NCBI RefSeq assembly: GCF_018977255.1
Contig: NW_024704743.1
Span: 37,698,001 to 37,762,000 of the forward strand
Direction of reading: 5' to 3'
DNA length: 64,000 nt
DNA from: Callorhinchus milii
Lineage: Eukaryota
Made by a program: the position numbers and the translations under genes
Notes under the pieces: generated by a model
Seen by the model: only the letters and a program-made list of their open reading frames with translations
Told to the model about the DNA's origin: nothing
The model's database searches: none
Part shown: in pieces, positions 12,870 to 26,430 of the stretch
Numbering within the stretch: the first letter of the stretch is position 1
Layout: each line of letters opens with the position of its first letter

Positions 12870-14857
12870 GTTAGACTTAACTTAGTATGTTTATATCTAT
12901 GTTCAGTAGACGAAGGATGGAAGAAATCAGTTTAATGGAGAGGAGAAACAGGAGATAATTTCTGCATAGAAGATTAGTCATTTATACAGAAGCAACCATC
13001 TTAATTTTTTTTATTGGTGAACGAGGTTAGGCCTGCTCAGCCCCATTAACCAAATTAGACTAAAATGTTCCACTTAGGGAACGAGGGTTGTCACCGCAGA
13101 CAAGCCGCAGTCACACACCCCCCAAATTCTTCTAGCCCCAAAATTGTCAAAGGACAATGCGGACCTGAAACCTGTCTTCACGACCACCTGAGCAAGTCAG
13201 GTAGTCAGGTGACTGGATGGCCTGAGGCTATTGACCAGTTGTCAAGTGAGCAGTGCATTCCAGCAATTAACTCAAGTTCCCCAGGAGCTAAGTTAAGGAA
13301 GAGAATTCCAGATAGGATTCTGATTTCTGATCCATCTGTAGCACCCTCTATTGGTTGTACATGTTTGGGGAGAGCAAGCGATATCAACGGAACTGAACTC
13401 CAGGAAGAGAAGACCAGCCCTGGTGGAGAGAAACATATGCCGATGAGGAGAAACAATTTTGAGGAATTGCTCAGGATAACAAACAAAAATCTATTTGAGG
13501 GTAACTGACAAATACATGAAGATTATCTGAACATTGTGAAAAGGCAAATCACCTCTCCAACTATATTTTTCACATACTGTAAATTGTATGTGCTTAATAT
13601 GCACAAATAAAAAGGGCAGTGGAACAAAGCGTTTAATTTCACAATATTGGAATATTGCAGATGCCTAAATTATTTATGGGATGCAATTTAAAAACAAATG
13701 AACCTCAAATATAACTCAGTTGTCATTTGCCAAAATATACTGCAGAAATTGTCACTCGCAGGAGGGACACAAAAGGAAGGCAAATGTTAAAAAAAATCTT
13801 CAGGCTAGAGACTGCTGCCGTGAATTAAACTTGTTCTGAATCTGTTCAATTTATTCCTCAATTAACATGATTGGAATATTTAACACAAAAGATGTTATTA
13901 AAAACTTGCCCAAATATAATACTCAGTAGAGTATATTAAATTATTCCATGAGAAAACAGTTTGATAAAATCAGTTTGAGTAACAGTGAAATTTGGTATAA
14001 TGTACATTCCCTCTATATTAAAGGGAGTGTGAAGGGGGAGGGGTGGGTAGAAATTACTGCTCATGTGAAGTGATCAATCCATTCTTTAAACAGTGTTGGG
14101 GGATGGAATTGCATCTATCTCCTCCCTGAGAGAAAATGCTTTGAAAAGTAGTGTTCAGTTTTTCTCATGGTTGACTGGACAAAACTTTGCTCATTGCTCA
14201 TCATTGAAATAAATATTTAAGAAAATGTCACTGTAAATGTTTGACATGTTTGTTTTTGAAGCATAACATGAAGTAATTTATCTGAAATTTTCAGCCAGAT
14301 TTGTTAAGACATTGCAGAATGGTATGCACCAGGGAATCAGCATAGCTGATGCTTTCAGCAAATAGTTCAAATCCCTAAAATTACAGAACCCTCAAAGCCC
14401 TAGTTGTTATCTCAGCAGTAGCATCAGTCAAAATTGACTTCAGCACGCCTGAATGTAGGAAGGGTATCAATGGGTGCTGAGGCTTTTGCTCTGAAAAAGC
14501 TTTCATTGTGGCTAGACCCTGACTATTAGAACCACCTGGAATCACCCTTTGGTTGTCCATCTGCTACAGTTCTGCACAGTATCTGGTATCAGTTAGATCA
14601 TTTGTTAGATCTTTCAAATACAGATACTGTGACTGACTGCCTACCCAAACACTTGCGGGAGTCTTTTGAATCTTTTATTGAATAGAAGAAGTGATGATGA
14701 TTCTAACAGGTCCATGCTGGCTTTGAAAATCTTGGTTTCAACACCCTAGAGCCGACGGAGCCTTCCACAGGGAGGATCTTCTTTCTCTTATTCAATTACT
14801 TTCTGCATCACCTTTTTATTAATCTTAATCTCGAATATCGTGGAAATAGGATTAATA

Positions 14858-14962
14858 CAGGGTGACCAAAAAGTCGTGATAACTGCCCTATTATTTAAAA
14901 ATATATATTTTTTAATACTTATTCAACATTGTAATGGTATCATGTCTTTTGGTCACCCACTA
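14858..14962. mobile_element. Small Tc1/mariner-type MITE
   Basis: TA-cagggtgaccaaaaag at the left end and cttttggtcaccc(ac)ta-ta at the right end: imperfect terminal inverted repeats with TA flanks. Confidence 0.6.
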
Positions 14963-15209
14963 TACAATTCCATTTTACTAAGGGCTATTAGAACCAAAAG
15001 ACACTGAAGACAAAAGTATGTCTTCATCTTATCACTATGTATTAGTTTTAGACTCAAAGGTGAAAATACACAACATAGTTCATGGAAACCATTTCTCACT
15101 GCTAAATTTCAATGCCTTATTTTAAAAAAACTGAAAAATGTTTTCCCCAAAGCATTTATACTTCAGAAAGATTTGTGCAAAAGCACCAGACTCTATGAAC
15201 ACATCACTC

Positions 15210-15585
15210 TTATCTACTCAGCTCAACCAGGCCCCCATCCCCCAGAGGATCAAATTTAAGTTCGCTTCATATCCCTCCACAGCCTACCCCATGTTATTTC
15301 TGCGACTTCCTCGTTTCCTTACTGCCCTGACTGCTACTTCTGGTCAGCAAACACCGGGTGCTTCATGTCCCTCGCCCAGTCTGTGATTCTGCCACAACTC
15401 GATGGAAATCCATCCCAGTGTCCCTTGCTCCCTCCCTCTTTTCTACCAAGCTTGCTGCCACCTTTTTCCCTCCTCAGTTTCCGTGCCCCTCCCCGAGCTC
15501 AGGTTCCCAATCAGCTCTGTGAAATGCATTGTGACATCCTCCCAATGTTGAAAGACTCTCTATAAATGTAAATTGTTGTTGTTAA
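15210..15585 (+). mobile_element. Old L2 3' fragment
   Basis: PIPQRIKFK remnant; degenerate stem-loop followed by ttgttgttgtt tail. Confidence 0.7.
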
Positions 15586-17290
15586 GATGCCGTTGGATGT
15601 TAGTACTTTACATTTATGTATCTAAGACAAAGTGGTTTGAATCCATCAGTAGAGTATTTTCTTTAGCAATTAAAAACCAGCTAAAACTGCATCTTACCAT
15701 TGTGAACCCTGGCAAGCCTCTTGCTGCTTGTCCAGCTAGGAGCACCCAACCCATTTGGGTTTTGGCTGACAAAGTTAATAGTTGCTGCGTGGGAATAATC
15801 TCATTCCCCAGTGATTTGCCTTCTCCTCCAAGCCCAGTTCATGAGTCCATCATCGATACTTAATTCTTTCATCAAGACTTTTTTAATGGCTTAGCAAATC
15901 CCATTCTACAATGGAGCCCCATGATAAGTGAACATGCAGATAATCGCCAGGTGAAAATGTAATCTTCTATGATTGAAGAAAATGATATGGAGATTCAAGA
16001 CTCATTTGGTGTATTTACTGAGAAAAATTTACTATGGATTGACAGATTTCTCAAAATAAACCACTGAGACTGAGAGAGGGGTCAATTGCAATCGATCAAT
16101 TACAAAAATATCCACTGCTTTCAGACTACTTTACTTCAATCACATAAGGTAGCTATTTAAAGCAAGTATTTTGAATTCACTCTAGTGTACTAAAACAAGC
16201 TGTGAATTAAAGCAATAGATTCACATTAAGTGATAGTTAGCCATAAGACACCATCAAACTACCATTGGTTGCCAAGGAATCTGGCTCTAGAGCTTATTGA
16301 TGCCGATGACAGTAATATTACACATTCAACAACTTAAATAGTATATTCAGAGAGCGTTTGAATATAATCTTTCTATTTTATGTAATTTAGGCAGAAAGAA
16401 ATTAGCAGAAAATCTAATTCAGGAGATTATAGATGCCCATGATAGTAATATTGTACGTTAAGCAACTTAGATATTTGGAAGTGTTTTAAACGGAATTACA
16501 TTCATGTTTAACCTGTGCAAATAATCTTTCATGATTCCTGTGGTGACTGCAATAATAAATAAATAGGAGAAAGTAATCTTGAGAATAACTCAAAACTATT
16601 TCACATTCCCCATTTAAAAAAATATTAATGCAACAGGCCACACAATTAAATGCATCTTCAGCTAGATTAAACAGCAAGAAAAAAGAACATTTTGACATAT
16701 GGAAAAGCATACCTCTTTTAAGTAGTGAAGAACACATTGAGCAAATCATGAAGCAAGCTTTTCCAAAGTACCTACATTAGTTTTGTGTCCAAAGATGCTT
16801 TGTTCCTCAGAATAAAGGAGTTCTGATCCATAGTTTAGCAATAAAACCAATTAGGACAGTCAGTCAATAGTTAATCCTTTCATGATGACATATAGATTGA
16901 AATGGAAATGATCTTAAGTGTGCTTGTGGATCTGGCAATAAAAGTGAATTCTCACAGGAAAACTGAAGAAAGTAATGAGTCAATTCTAAAAGAAGAATTT
17001 CCATTTTATGGAATTGATTTATTTTTTGGTTTTGACCCACATTATTACTTCTTGGGTTGTCTGAATGATAGGATTCATCATGTATGAAGAGGAGGAAAAT
17101 TAATACATTGCCTCTCACCCTGACAAAAGAATGCCAAATCTCAAAATGACCACAATAATATCCAAATTCCACTACTTTCTAATGAATATTACAAAATAAA
17201 TACTGAATTTCATTGCACACATGTCAAAAGTTATTGTATGTAGTTCTTCCGTAAATATTTGATTCCAAATGTATTCTATTGATCTTCTAG

Positions 17291-17368
17291 GTGTGGAGGG
17301 TGAATACAAAACATAATATCCTTTATGTTCATGGATCTGTTCCAGGACACAGGAACTGTTTTGTCAAG
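17291..17368 (+). CDS. MRPL3: MRPL3 internal coding exon (78 nt, phase 0-0)
   Basis: ttctag acceptor; encodes [32 protein letters not shown] donor at 17369. Confidence 0.97.
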
Positions 17369-17389
17369 GTAAGAGGAATTATTAAGCTT

Positions 17390-17612
17390 AACATCACTGA
17401 TCCCAATGCACTATTCAAAAAGAGAAGGGAGTTTTTCCCAGTGTCCTAGCCAGCAATCCCCCAAATAAAATTGTTTGCTCACTCCATGGTGGTTTGTAGG
17501 AAATTGCTGTGCGCAATTGGCTGCTGCATTTCGCCCACAAAATACAGTCAATTCATGTTACAGTATATCCTGTGAAGCTCTTTGGGATGTCTCGACAACA
17601 CGATAAGGCGCG
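17390..17612 (+). mobile_element. Deu-domain SINE fragment starting about 20 nt after an MRPL3 donor site
   Basis: gatccca.tgcactattc...gggagttt.tccccagtgtcctagcc...gctgtgcgcaattggctgc; homologous to 35830-36220. Confidence 0.75.
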
Positions 17613-17845
17613 GATTGTGGACTCTCTCCGTAGGGGTTTGTATGCTTCTTACCTCATCCTGGAGAAATTAGGCACAGGTTGGCAAACGGCAAGGTTTGGG
17701 GACTACAGAGTATGCCTTGGGGTACTGTTGAAAATTAACTCGTAAAACCATGCAGATTAAAATTCATGCTGCTTGTTCAACTAGGACTAAGCTACCCTTT
17801 AGTCGCATTGGTCGTCTTGGAAGAAAATTTACAGAGAGCTCCATT

Positions 17846-18070
17846 AATAATAATAAATAATAATCCTTGCATTTGATATAGTGCTTTTCACGTCTAGACG
17901 TCTCAAAGCGCTTCACAGAATATGCTGTAAAGTGAATTGACCGTATATTTGTGGGCGAAGCGCAGCAGTCAATTGAACACAGCAGTGTCCCACAAACAGT
18001 CGTGGATTGAAAATGACCAATTTATTATTGTTTTGGAGGGATTATTATTAGGTGTGTGGAGTAAGGAAAT
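17846..18070 (-). mobile_element. tRNA-SINE, short form, 5'-truncated
   Basis: (AAT)n tail followed by the reverse complement of the SINE body. Confidence 0.88.
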
Positions 18071-19499
18071 ATTATATTGTGGTGGTAGAGATACATGAAT
18101 CCTAATGGTGGTATAAACTATAGCCACTTTCATTGTGCATGTAAGCAGATTAACGATTCGGCCCAGTGGAGGAAGTGGCGATCTAATAACCTGGACATCT
18201 GCTCCACTATAACACTGTATTACAAACAGAGCTCCACTGTAATACAGTAATACACACAGAGCTCCAGTGTTCTCTAAGTATTATAACATCTAATCGTCAG
18301 CAGCTATTTCAAACCTTTGCCTCTGATCTCACGTCTTTTCAAACCTTTATGCTGATGACTTGATTAGTGATTGAACAGCATGGGGAAATGATACAGCAAG
18401 GTTTGCAATATTTTCTTAAGAATGTCCTATGTGAATGACACTATATAACTGCAATTTGCTGTTGTAATCTTTCAAGAAATACTTTTAATAAACATTCAGG
18501 GTGTCATTGTGTAATAAATGAATCGACTTAAACAATGCAGGTTGAAATTGTCTACCTTTTGGAGAAAAAGTGCCCCATATATATGCTGAATTGCAATGTT
18601 TCAAATCATTTATACTCACATTATCACATAGAGATGTCAACTGTCTTCTCAATTCCAATGTGTTCATCTGCAGCTATAGATAAAGGAGACAAACATTGTA
18701 GAATATCAAGTTTTGGAGATTTTCTCAAACAGACCCTTCTAGTTTCTCTTAATATTTATTTTGATAGTCTTTGACATGACTTTCAGTCCATCAGCCACTT
18801 AAAACTATTTTGCCACTGCATTTATTACATTATACATACACAAAGCTGACATGCAGAACAAACAACCAGTGTTATCTTAAGAGAACAGGCTAACTGAAAG
18901 GCTCTAATGAAGCTGGGAGTTTTGTTCAGCTTTATTAGCTAAGAACCATGAAATATAACCATGAAGAACACAATATATAAAAACACTTGTGTTTTACGAA
19001 ATAATTATTTTGTTTATTCCTATACATGCCCAGCGGTGTTCTAAATTTTGTTCTTGTCAAACTTTCTCTAGCCCTGTAAGATGAAGCAGCATCAACTAGG
19101 CGAGGAGGCTTTCAGTTGACAGCAACACATTTAATAAATTGTGCAAAAATAAATTGCATTTTACCTGTGGGGAGATAGCTGATTTTCTTGCTGAACCACT
19201 GAAAATGAAAATTGAAATGAGAAACCATTTCATATCATATGAGAAATATGCGTTGAGTAAGAGAGAACAAGGGAATGAGACAGGTGCAGCAGAAATGTAA
19301 GGCTGAGATATACAAACTGTACAATGGAGAGTGAAATGAGTTTTGGGTTGTGATGACATTTTTAGGTTTTGTGCATCTTCCTGTGTTCTCCCCTACTGAT
19401 ATGTGTTTTTCTTGCTGATCTTCAGATTTCTCTCTTTGATATTGATCTAGATTTCTTTTTTGTTTTACGAAGTATTGTACACTGTTGTAAACTATCCTC

Positions 19500-19830
19500 T
19501 CAGTTCGCTCAGTGGGCTCAGCCTACTCTATGACCACCCCCCCCACCCGCCTGTCCTGCTCCACCTTCGCCAGTCAGGCCTTCAGCCTCTCTGCCTCCAC
19601 CCTTTGGAATTCCATCCCACAATCACTTCGTCTTACTCCCTCCCTTGCCTTCTTCAAGGCATGTCTCAGGACCCTCCACTTTGTCCGCTCCTTCGATCAC
19701 CCCCCTACCCTCCCTGCCCTCTATCCCTCCTGATCTCAACCCGCTGCTCAAGTCCAAATCTCTGACTGTCTAGTGCCTTGGGATGTCCTCCCGATGCTGA
19801 AAGGCGCTACTCAAATGTAATTTGTTGTTC
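19500..19830 (+). mobile_element. L2 3' fragment
   Basis: AFSLSASTLWNSIPQSLRL...FKACLRT; stem-loop and ttgttg tail. Confidence 0.85.
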
Positions 19831-21119
19831 TAAAGATTTGGAAAGGATGTAACTATAAACAAAAAAATCTCCCTGAAGGTGGAATGCTTGAGTTTGATAA
19901 CTGTCCTGTGCTGTGCCTGCTGATGCTTCCCTAATCTTTGCTGTCTAGAAGTTTTTTTTTAACAGTTTTGCATTGAATGTACCCAGATTCTCAAGATGAG
20001 TAGAACAGCTCTAAAAGCGTTAATGTGAATTTTTGATTTCCCAAGCCAGCTATTTTTTGTGCTGTTTGTTTTTTTGTTTTTGGACAGTTTGTGTTGTGTT
20101 CTCATTCCGACGAGGTGCTAGGTTGAATTTGCCTACTGTAATTTCATTTAAAATCCTTGAAAAAGAAAGATTGACAGAGAATATTTATCCTATCAGTCTC
20201 GGCTGGATTTGAACTCTGGCTCCAGAGATGAGAGGACAGCATGCTAACTCATTGTACTTGCAGTGAACCACAGTATCTTTGTCTCATTTGCTTTCTTATA
20301 ATATACAAGCTCAGAAAGATCATGGAATAGGTTTGGTCACGTCATAACTTTATGTATTCGTCTGATTTCAGCTTTTTAAATGCCTCAGTAGCCTGTGAAC
20401 TTTCAAAGAGGGCTTGTACTTTCAGCTGCACCCAAAGTCACCCCACTTGCTTCCCACACAAGTTTAGTCTAAAACGGACAAACTGAATTTTATTTCATTG
20501 TCACAGGCAAAATATCCCAAATCTCAGAAATTGAATGTTTGCCAATTTTAATAGTTGAATAAATTACTGAAGCTAAAATACTATTAAATATATATATATT
20601 GATTGACAGTAAGACAGATATAGCACAGAAGTTAAAGGATTAAGCAAAATATAATAAAATATACCTATTATCCAATAATTCAAAGATGGTTTCAGTAACA
20701 GGCTTGTAAAACATAGACTGAGGTTGCTGTCTTTCTTGCCCTTAGCCTGAGGTGTGTGTCTTCAAATTGTCCTTTCCTAACAATTATTGAGACATACCCC
20801 AACATGAAAGATGCTATATAAATATAAATTGTATTTTATTGTTATTAACCCCTCTTCCTAGACAGGCTTCACACTAATAAATATAGATTAGTTCTTCTTT
20901 GAAATTGCCATTCAATTTACTGACGTACAACTCAGCATTTGTAACTTGATATTGTATTGATTATAGCATTTTGCCATAATCAGATTAGTGTTGTTCACAC
21001 TTTACTGTTACAGAACTTCAAAGAGTAACTCTTTGCATATCCAGACTCTTTAGAGACAGCTATTTGTTCCTTCAGGTTTTTAAGCAAACAGTGGATTGGA
21101 ACGTTTTAAAATTGGCAAA

Positions 21120-21700
21120 AGGAAAGTCTTTAGGTGGGATTTGTAAACTGGGGAATGAGGGGGCAAAGTGGAGGGATTGAGGGAGAGTTCCATAGTTTTG
21201 GGGCATAGTGGTTGAAGACACGGCCAAAGATGGTGGAACGGAGGGCACTAGGGACAAATAGGAGGCCGGAGCCAGCCGAGCGGAGGCAGCGGGTGGTGGA
21301 GTGGGGGGTAAGCAGGTCGGGTAGGTAGAGAGGTGCGATGGAGTGAAGTGATTTGAAAACGAGTGAGAGGATCTTGAAATCGATCTCTTCAGTGATTGGG
21401 AGCCAGTGGAGCCTGGTGAGATGGGGGTATGGAGTTTCGTTTGGGTGAGTATCCATGTGGCGGGAGTTTTGAATGAATTGGATTTTGTTTATGGTGGAGC
21501 TGGGGAGACCAGCGAGGAGGGCATTGGAATAGTCCAGCTGGGGTGATGACCGCGTGGACGAGGGTTTCAACTGTGTTGGTTGCAAGGTATAGACAGAGAC
21601 AAGCAATGTGGCGGAGGTGGAAAACAGACATCTGATCAGGGATCGGATGTGTGGTAGAAAGGAAAGCCGGGGATCGAATCTGACGCCTAAGTTGCCCCAG
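21120..21700 (-). mobile_element. L2 ORF2 fragment (frameshifted)
   Basis: [45 protein letters not shown] and LWNS motifs. Confidence 0.9.
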
Positions 21701-22744
21701 ATGACATACCAGAGTGTATTTAGCACAATTAATGCATTCTGTGTAAATCCAAAGAAATTCAGCAGTAAACTTTTAAATGTGAAATTACTTTATTGCAGAA
21801 TGTGTTTGTATTTGTTTGCTTAGCAAAACGTTCACCTTGATATTCATTTAATTTCAATGATTATTGCAAAAAAACATCCAAATAAGGTATCTAGTTAGCA
21901 ATAAAAAAGAACTCTTGACTTTTACATCCTAACCCTCGAGCACAGAAGCCAATTGTAGTGTCCTTATTGCAGTTCTGAGATCTACAACACACAAATTGAG
22001 GATTGAATCTGGGATCTTCAGTTATTTACTGAATAAATTTGTTTAGCATTATGGTGCAATTGATTCTTTTTTCCTGACATTCATCCCTATGAATATCTCA
22101 AAACTTAAAATACCCATACCCTGAACCTCGCAGTGCAGATCACGTAACCAATGAAATATGAGATGTATATATTTGATCACTTTAGATAAAAGCCATTTTG
22201 CTTCATCTTGAAATCTCTAGCGAGTCGCTGTAGTGGATTTGCATAATTGTTCCTGATTATTTTGGCAATGTTCAGCTTGCGTGTGTTAATTTTTATTCCG
22301 TGTAAATGCACTGACTGTTATCCCAACCATATTTTCAAGGGCTTTGATTGTGTCTGTTTTCTTATTAACTGATCCCAAAGGCTGAAGAATGCCTCATGCA
22401 TGGATACTGATGTGGAATCTGCTTGATTGTAACAGCTGGTCTTTTTAGGAAATAAAGATTCATTACTGAAGAACAGTCTGCTCTAGTAATAAAAGCTATT
22501 GCCTTCAAGGGGAATAGAACAAGATAAAATTCTTCTGATGTAGTTTCTCTTTGGACGTCTGTATACTCTGGGTACAAAGGCATTATATTTATACTCATAC
22601 CAAAACAAACTAGCATGGACTATTGTGTTACCATCTATTATACTCAGCTTTATCTAATACTTAGTGTGACCCATTGACAACATCAAAAACATTTTTGACT
22701 GTATACTAGTGTAGATAATGTTTATCCTGGAAGGGGAGAGAGGG

Positions 22745-23290
22745 AAGCACAGTCACCTTGGAGCTGAACTGGCTCCAAAATGAAATGTTTGACAGTAGAA
22801 TGCTGGAATTGATCCAGCCGTCTTTGGTCTTGGTTGTTTGGTTTCTGAGTTAGGTGAGTCTACGGTACTCCAGGGCACGGCTCTGACAGACCAACCATCC
22901 TATTTTATCAAAAGGACTCTGATGGGTAGTCACTCGGGACAGGCATACTTCTCACTCAGCTCCCATTAACCCTGCAAACGTCAAAGCCCTAATAGGTAGG
23001 ATTATACTAGCTGGACAAGTTGCGTGAAGTTTTCCAACAATGGCAAGTTGTGTGGTTTTAGCTAGTTAAACTCCAGCAGATATTCTAAGGGTCCCTAAGC
23101 CTTGGCTCTTGCAGCCTCTGTCTAATGCTCCCTGGAATTAGGTAAGTAGGATACATCCCTCCAGGGAGAGAGTGCATATTCCATTCTAAAGGTGGGAATT
23201 TCTATGTGTAGGTGGAACATGTGGAACTTTCAGTGCAGAATGGAAACTCTTTAGCGTGGAAATGGGATTTTACATATGTCAGTGCTCCAA
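22745..23290 (+). repeat. Family X copy
   Basis: Colinear similarity to 8740-9240 and 27150-27575. Confidence 0.75.
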
Positions 23291-24672
23291 TAAGCACTCT
23301 GAGATTCTACCGTGCATGAAGGACATTATATAAATGCAAGTTGTTGTTGGTCACCTAGCTGACCAAATAAGATATATATAACATTATTGTCGGGTGCTAA
23401 GTGTTTGTTAATCTGTAATATAAAATCTATCAAAAGTACATTTTGCTTTTATTATTTGAGCTTCACCTTGCATGGGTCAGATCAACCAATCCAACTTCAA
23501 TTACACATTACAGATCAGGCAGTCAACCATTATTTTTTTTAAATTAAGCGTTCCAAAGATATTAAAGTAGTAAGTATGTTTCTATCCCTTTCTGGATTTA
23601 GTGCAAGCCATTGGTGATCCCTCAGTGAGATTTTTCATCTTAAAAAAAATGCTACTTTTCAGCATGCTCCTCTGGACTGCAATCAGGAATGGGAAACCTT
23701 GCTGTTTTTTGTTTCCCTAAGTGCAGAGGCCAATTATAGCAACCTGAATGTTGTTTTGATTAAGAGATTAAGAAAACAACATTTGTAAAGCGCCTTTCAC
23801 GTCAGGAGGACATCCCAAGGCGCTAACTAGGCATAGACCAGGATTCAATTCAGAAACTTTATGGTCTGTGAGGCCAAGTGGCGATGTCTTTATCACTTGT
23901 GTCTGGAAACTATTCTAATTGCAAGATAATCTTTTTTGGTATAGCTGAGGTAGAGTTTTCTGCTTTGATGGGCTGAAGCTCACTCTCCAGCTAGACTCTA
24001 GCACAATGCCTTCATGCAATAAACTAACTGGCTTCAATAAACTTTTTGATGTACCCCTATTAATCATTTATTCATCAATGCAGCATTTTCAGTTTCAGTA
24101 ATTCATTTTTCACTCAAAAAAATCAAAACTCTCCTTTTACTTTGTGTGTATTTATTCTCTACATCCATGTATCAAAAAATTATATACATTTCACAACGAG
24201 GACTGATTTGTTTTGGTTCATTTTCAGTTTTTACTACTACCATTTTGAAAGAATATTCCTGAGTGCATTTTCCAGATTTCAATAAGCATGAGTTATCACA
24301 GCATACGTTTACTTTTATTTTCTTCCAATTGGAAGGGAAGAGATTGTATCATGTTGACATATCATCTCATGGCCTTTGGAACAAAATGATTTTATTGATT
24401 TAGAATTAATAGTGGTATCTTTTGTAGATGTCTCCTTGATCCTAGGTATAAAGTCATCTTTTTCAGTAAAACGTTGAATTAAATATCAGTATTTGGTTTT
24501 AACATTTCTTTTATCTTCCAATAAATCCTGTTTGTTGAAACTTGAAAGTTCTCATTCAAACCACTGCATGTATGTTTAGTTTGAGTAACAAAAATTAGAT
24601 AAATAGACAATCATTATTTTCTTTTTTAAATTGTGTGCACTGATATTCTGGTGGGGAAACTCAAGTGAAACA

Positions 24673-24990
24673 AATAATAATCCTTGAATTGATATAGTGC
24701 CTTATCATGTTATTGAGACATCTCAACGTGTTTCACGGAATACGCTGTAAAGTGGATTGACTGCATTTTGTGGGCGAAATGCGGCAGCCAATTGCGGACA
24801 AGCATCTCGCAAACAGTTGTGGATTGAGTGATCACAGTTTTCTTCTCTTTTTTTTGGAAGGATTATCCTCGGTTCCCACTTACTGCTAGGTAAACAGGAA
24901 TGTGGAATAAGGAAACTAGCTTAAGGTTTCGCCCCACCTAGGAATCTTGATTGCGAGGCGAGCGCGCTAACCACTACACTACTGGACTCC
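24673..24990 (-). mobile_element. tRNA-SINE, long form
   Basis: Tail, body and a degenerate tRNA head (reverse complement of ggagtccagtgtagtggttagcgcgctcgcctcgcaa). Confidence 0.88.
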
Positions 24991-25588
24991 GCAATTCCTG
25001 TTTTAGGTGACTTTTCAGAACACCATCTGCCTGAAACTGCTTTTGATTTTTCAGGTTAATTTGAAATGTGAATACTCTGAAATGAAGACCAAATTCACTG
25101 GAACTTCAAATGATACTAAGCTGTGCCTATGCCCATTGTACAGCGTTCAGCACAACTGAGAAGGTGTGAAGGAAAGTGTATCAAAAAAATATAATTTTAA
25201 ATAGATTACAGGAATTAAAATATACAGCCACTACACTTTACAGTATATCCTGCAAAGTGCTTTGAGACGTCCTCCCAATGTGGCAAGCACTATATCCGAT
25301 GTAAGGTTATTTTTTTTCTTTGATCTCAAAGCACTTCTTTGGTACACCCCGCCCGCAACCTACCCACCATCTTCGCTCAACTGGTCTGCTGCACATCTCT
25401 CATCCCCTCTGCTCCATAATTTACAGCCGTGCTTTCAACTACTGTACTCCATATACTCGGAACTCCTTATGCCCCCTCTCTGCCTGTCTTCAAATCACAC
25501 CTTAAAACTCCTCCGGCTCACTGTCAAGCCACGCTGACATTAAGCGCTACGATAAGCTACCTGTGTGATAAGTACAAGTTTATATAGT

Positions 25589-25961
25589 GTGGAGTCCTGT
25601 AGTTCAGTGGTGAGAGCACTTGCCTCGCAAGCGAGAGAGTTGGGTTCAATTTCCGACATGGAGAAATGTTGGGCAAGTTTCCTTACTCCATATGCCTCTG
25701 TTTACCTAGCAGTAAGTAGGAACCCGGTTGTTAGTCGATCGGTGGATTGCTTTTCCAGGGATAATACCTCAAAAAAAGTAAGTAAATAAATAAATTGGTC
25801 ACTTCAATCCATGACTGTTTGTGGGACACTGCTGTGCGCAATTGGCTGCCGCGTTTCACCCACAAATATACAGTTAATTGACTTTACAGTCTATTCTGTG
25901 AAGTGCTTTGAGACATCTAGAAGACGTGAAAAGAGCTATATCAAATGCAAGGATTATTATT
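25589..25961 (+). mobile_element. Full-length tRNA-SINE, long form
   Basis: gtggagtcctgtagttcagtgg (A box), gggttcaatttcc (B box), internal ctgtttacctagcagtaagtagg block, Deu-like 3' part and (TTA)n tail. Confidence 0.92.
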
Positions 25962-26265
25962 AAGTTGCTGTTGTTGTTTAGTATAAAGTACACAAAGCAT
26001 GCTGAGTTTAGCCAGGGGTATTAAGGAATCTACATTGAGGCTAAGAAAGATAAATATTAGCCAGGCTCATATTTCCAGTGACCCCTGGTGGAAAGTGAGC
26101 TTGTGTAAATTTGAGCGAGCGGAAGAATGAGTCTAAATAGACTGTACAACACAGAAACAGACCATTCAGCCCAATCAGTCTGAGCTGGTGCTTATACTCC
26201 ACACAGGTCTCCACCCATTCCTTACTCCATCCCATACCCTTCTATTCCCTTTTTCCCTGTGTATA

Positions 26266-26430
26266 CAGTAAACTCCTGATAACTCAACTCAGGCTTAAGT
26301 GATCATGCTGTCAAAATACCAGCCATATTAATTTATGTGTTTAATATGCCTAACTCGCCACTCCTGATAATTCATCACTGATGAACTGAGCCCTCTTCCC
26401 TTAGAGTGACAAGTTACCAGGAGTTTACTG
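26266..26430. mobile_element. pogo/Tigger-like MITE nested in a minus-strand CR1 3' fragment
   Basis: TIRs cagtaaactcctgataact and agttaccaggagtttactg (18/19 match); TA on both sides (26264-26265 and 26431-26432); CR1 3' sequence continues on both flanks (about 26135-26470). Confidence 0.85.

Noticed and set aside
13065..13508. 147 aa intronic ORF
   Set aside because: No recognisable domain or splice support; probably chance or a decayed repeat.
16280..16475. Diverged ~60 bp direct repeat (gatgcc.atga.agtaatatt...caactta)
   Set aside because: Only two degenerate copies and no RNA-gene boxes; likely an old local duplication.
18201..18270. 30 bp tandem repeat (about 2.3 copies)
   Set aside because: Short, ordinary minisatellite with no further structure.
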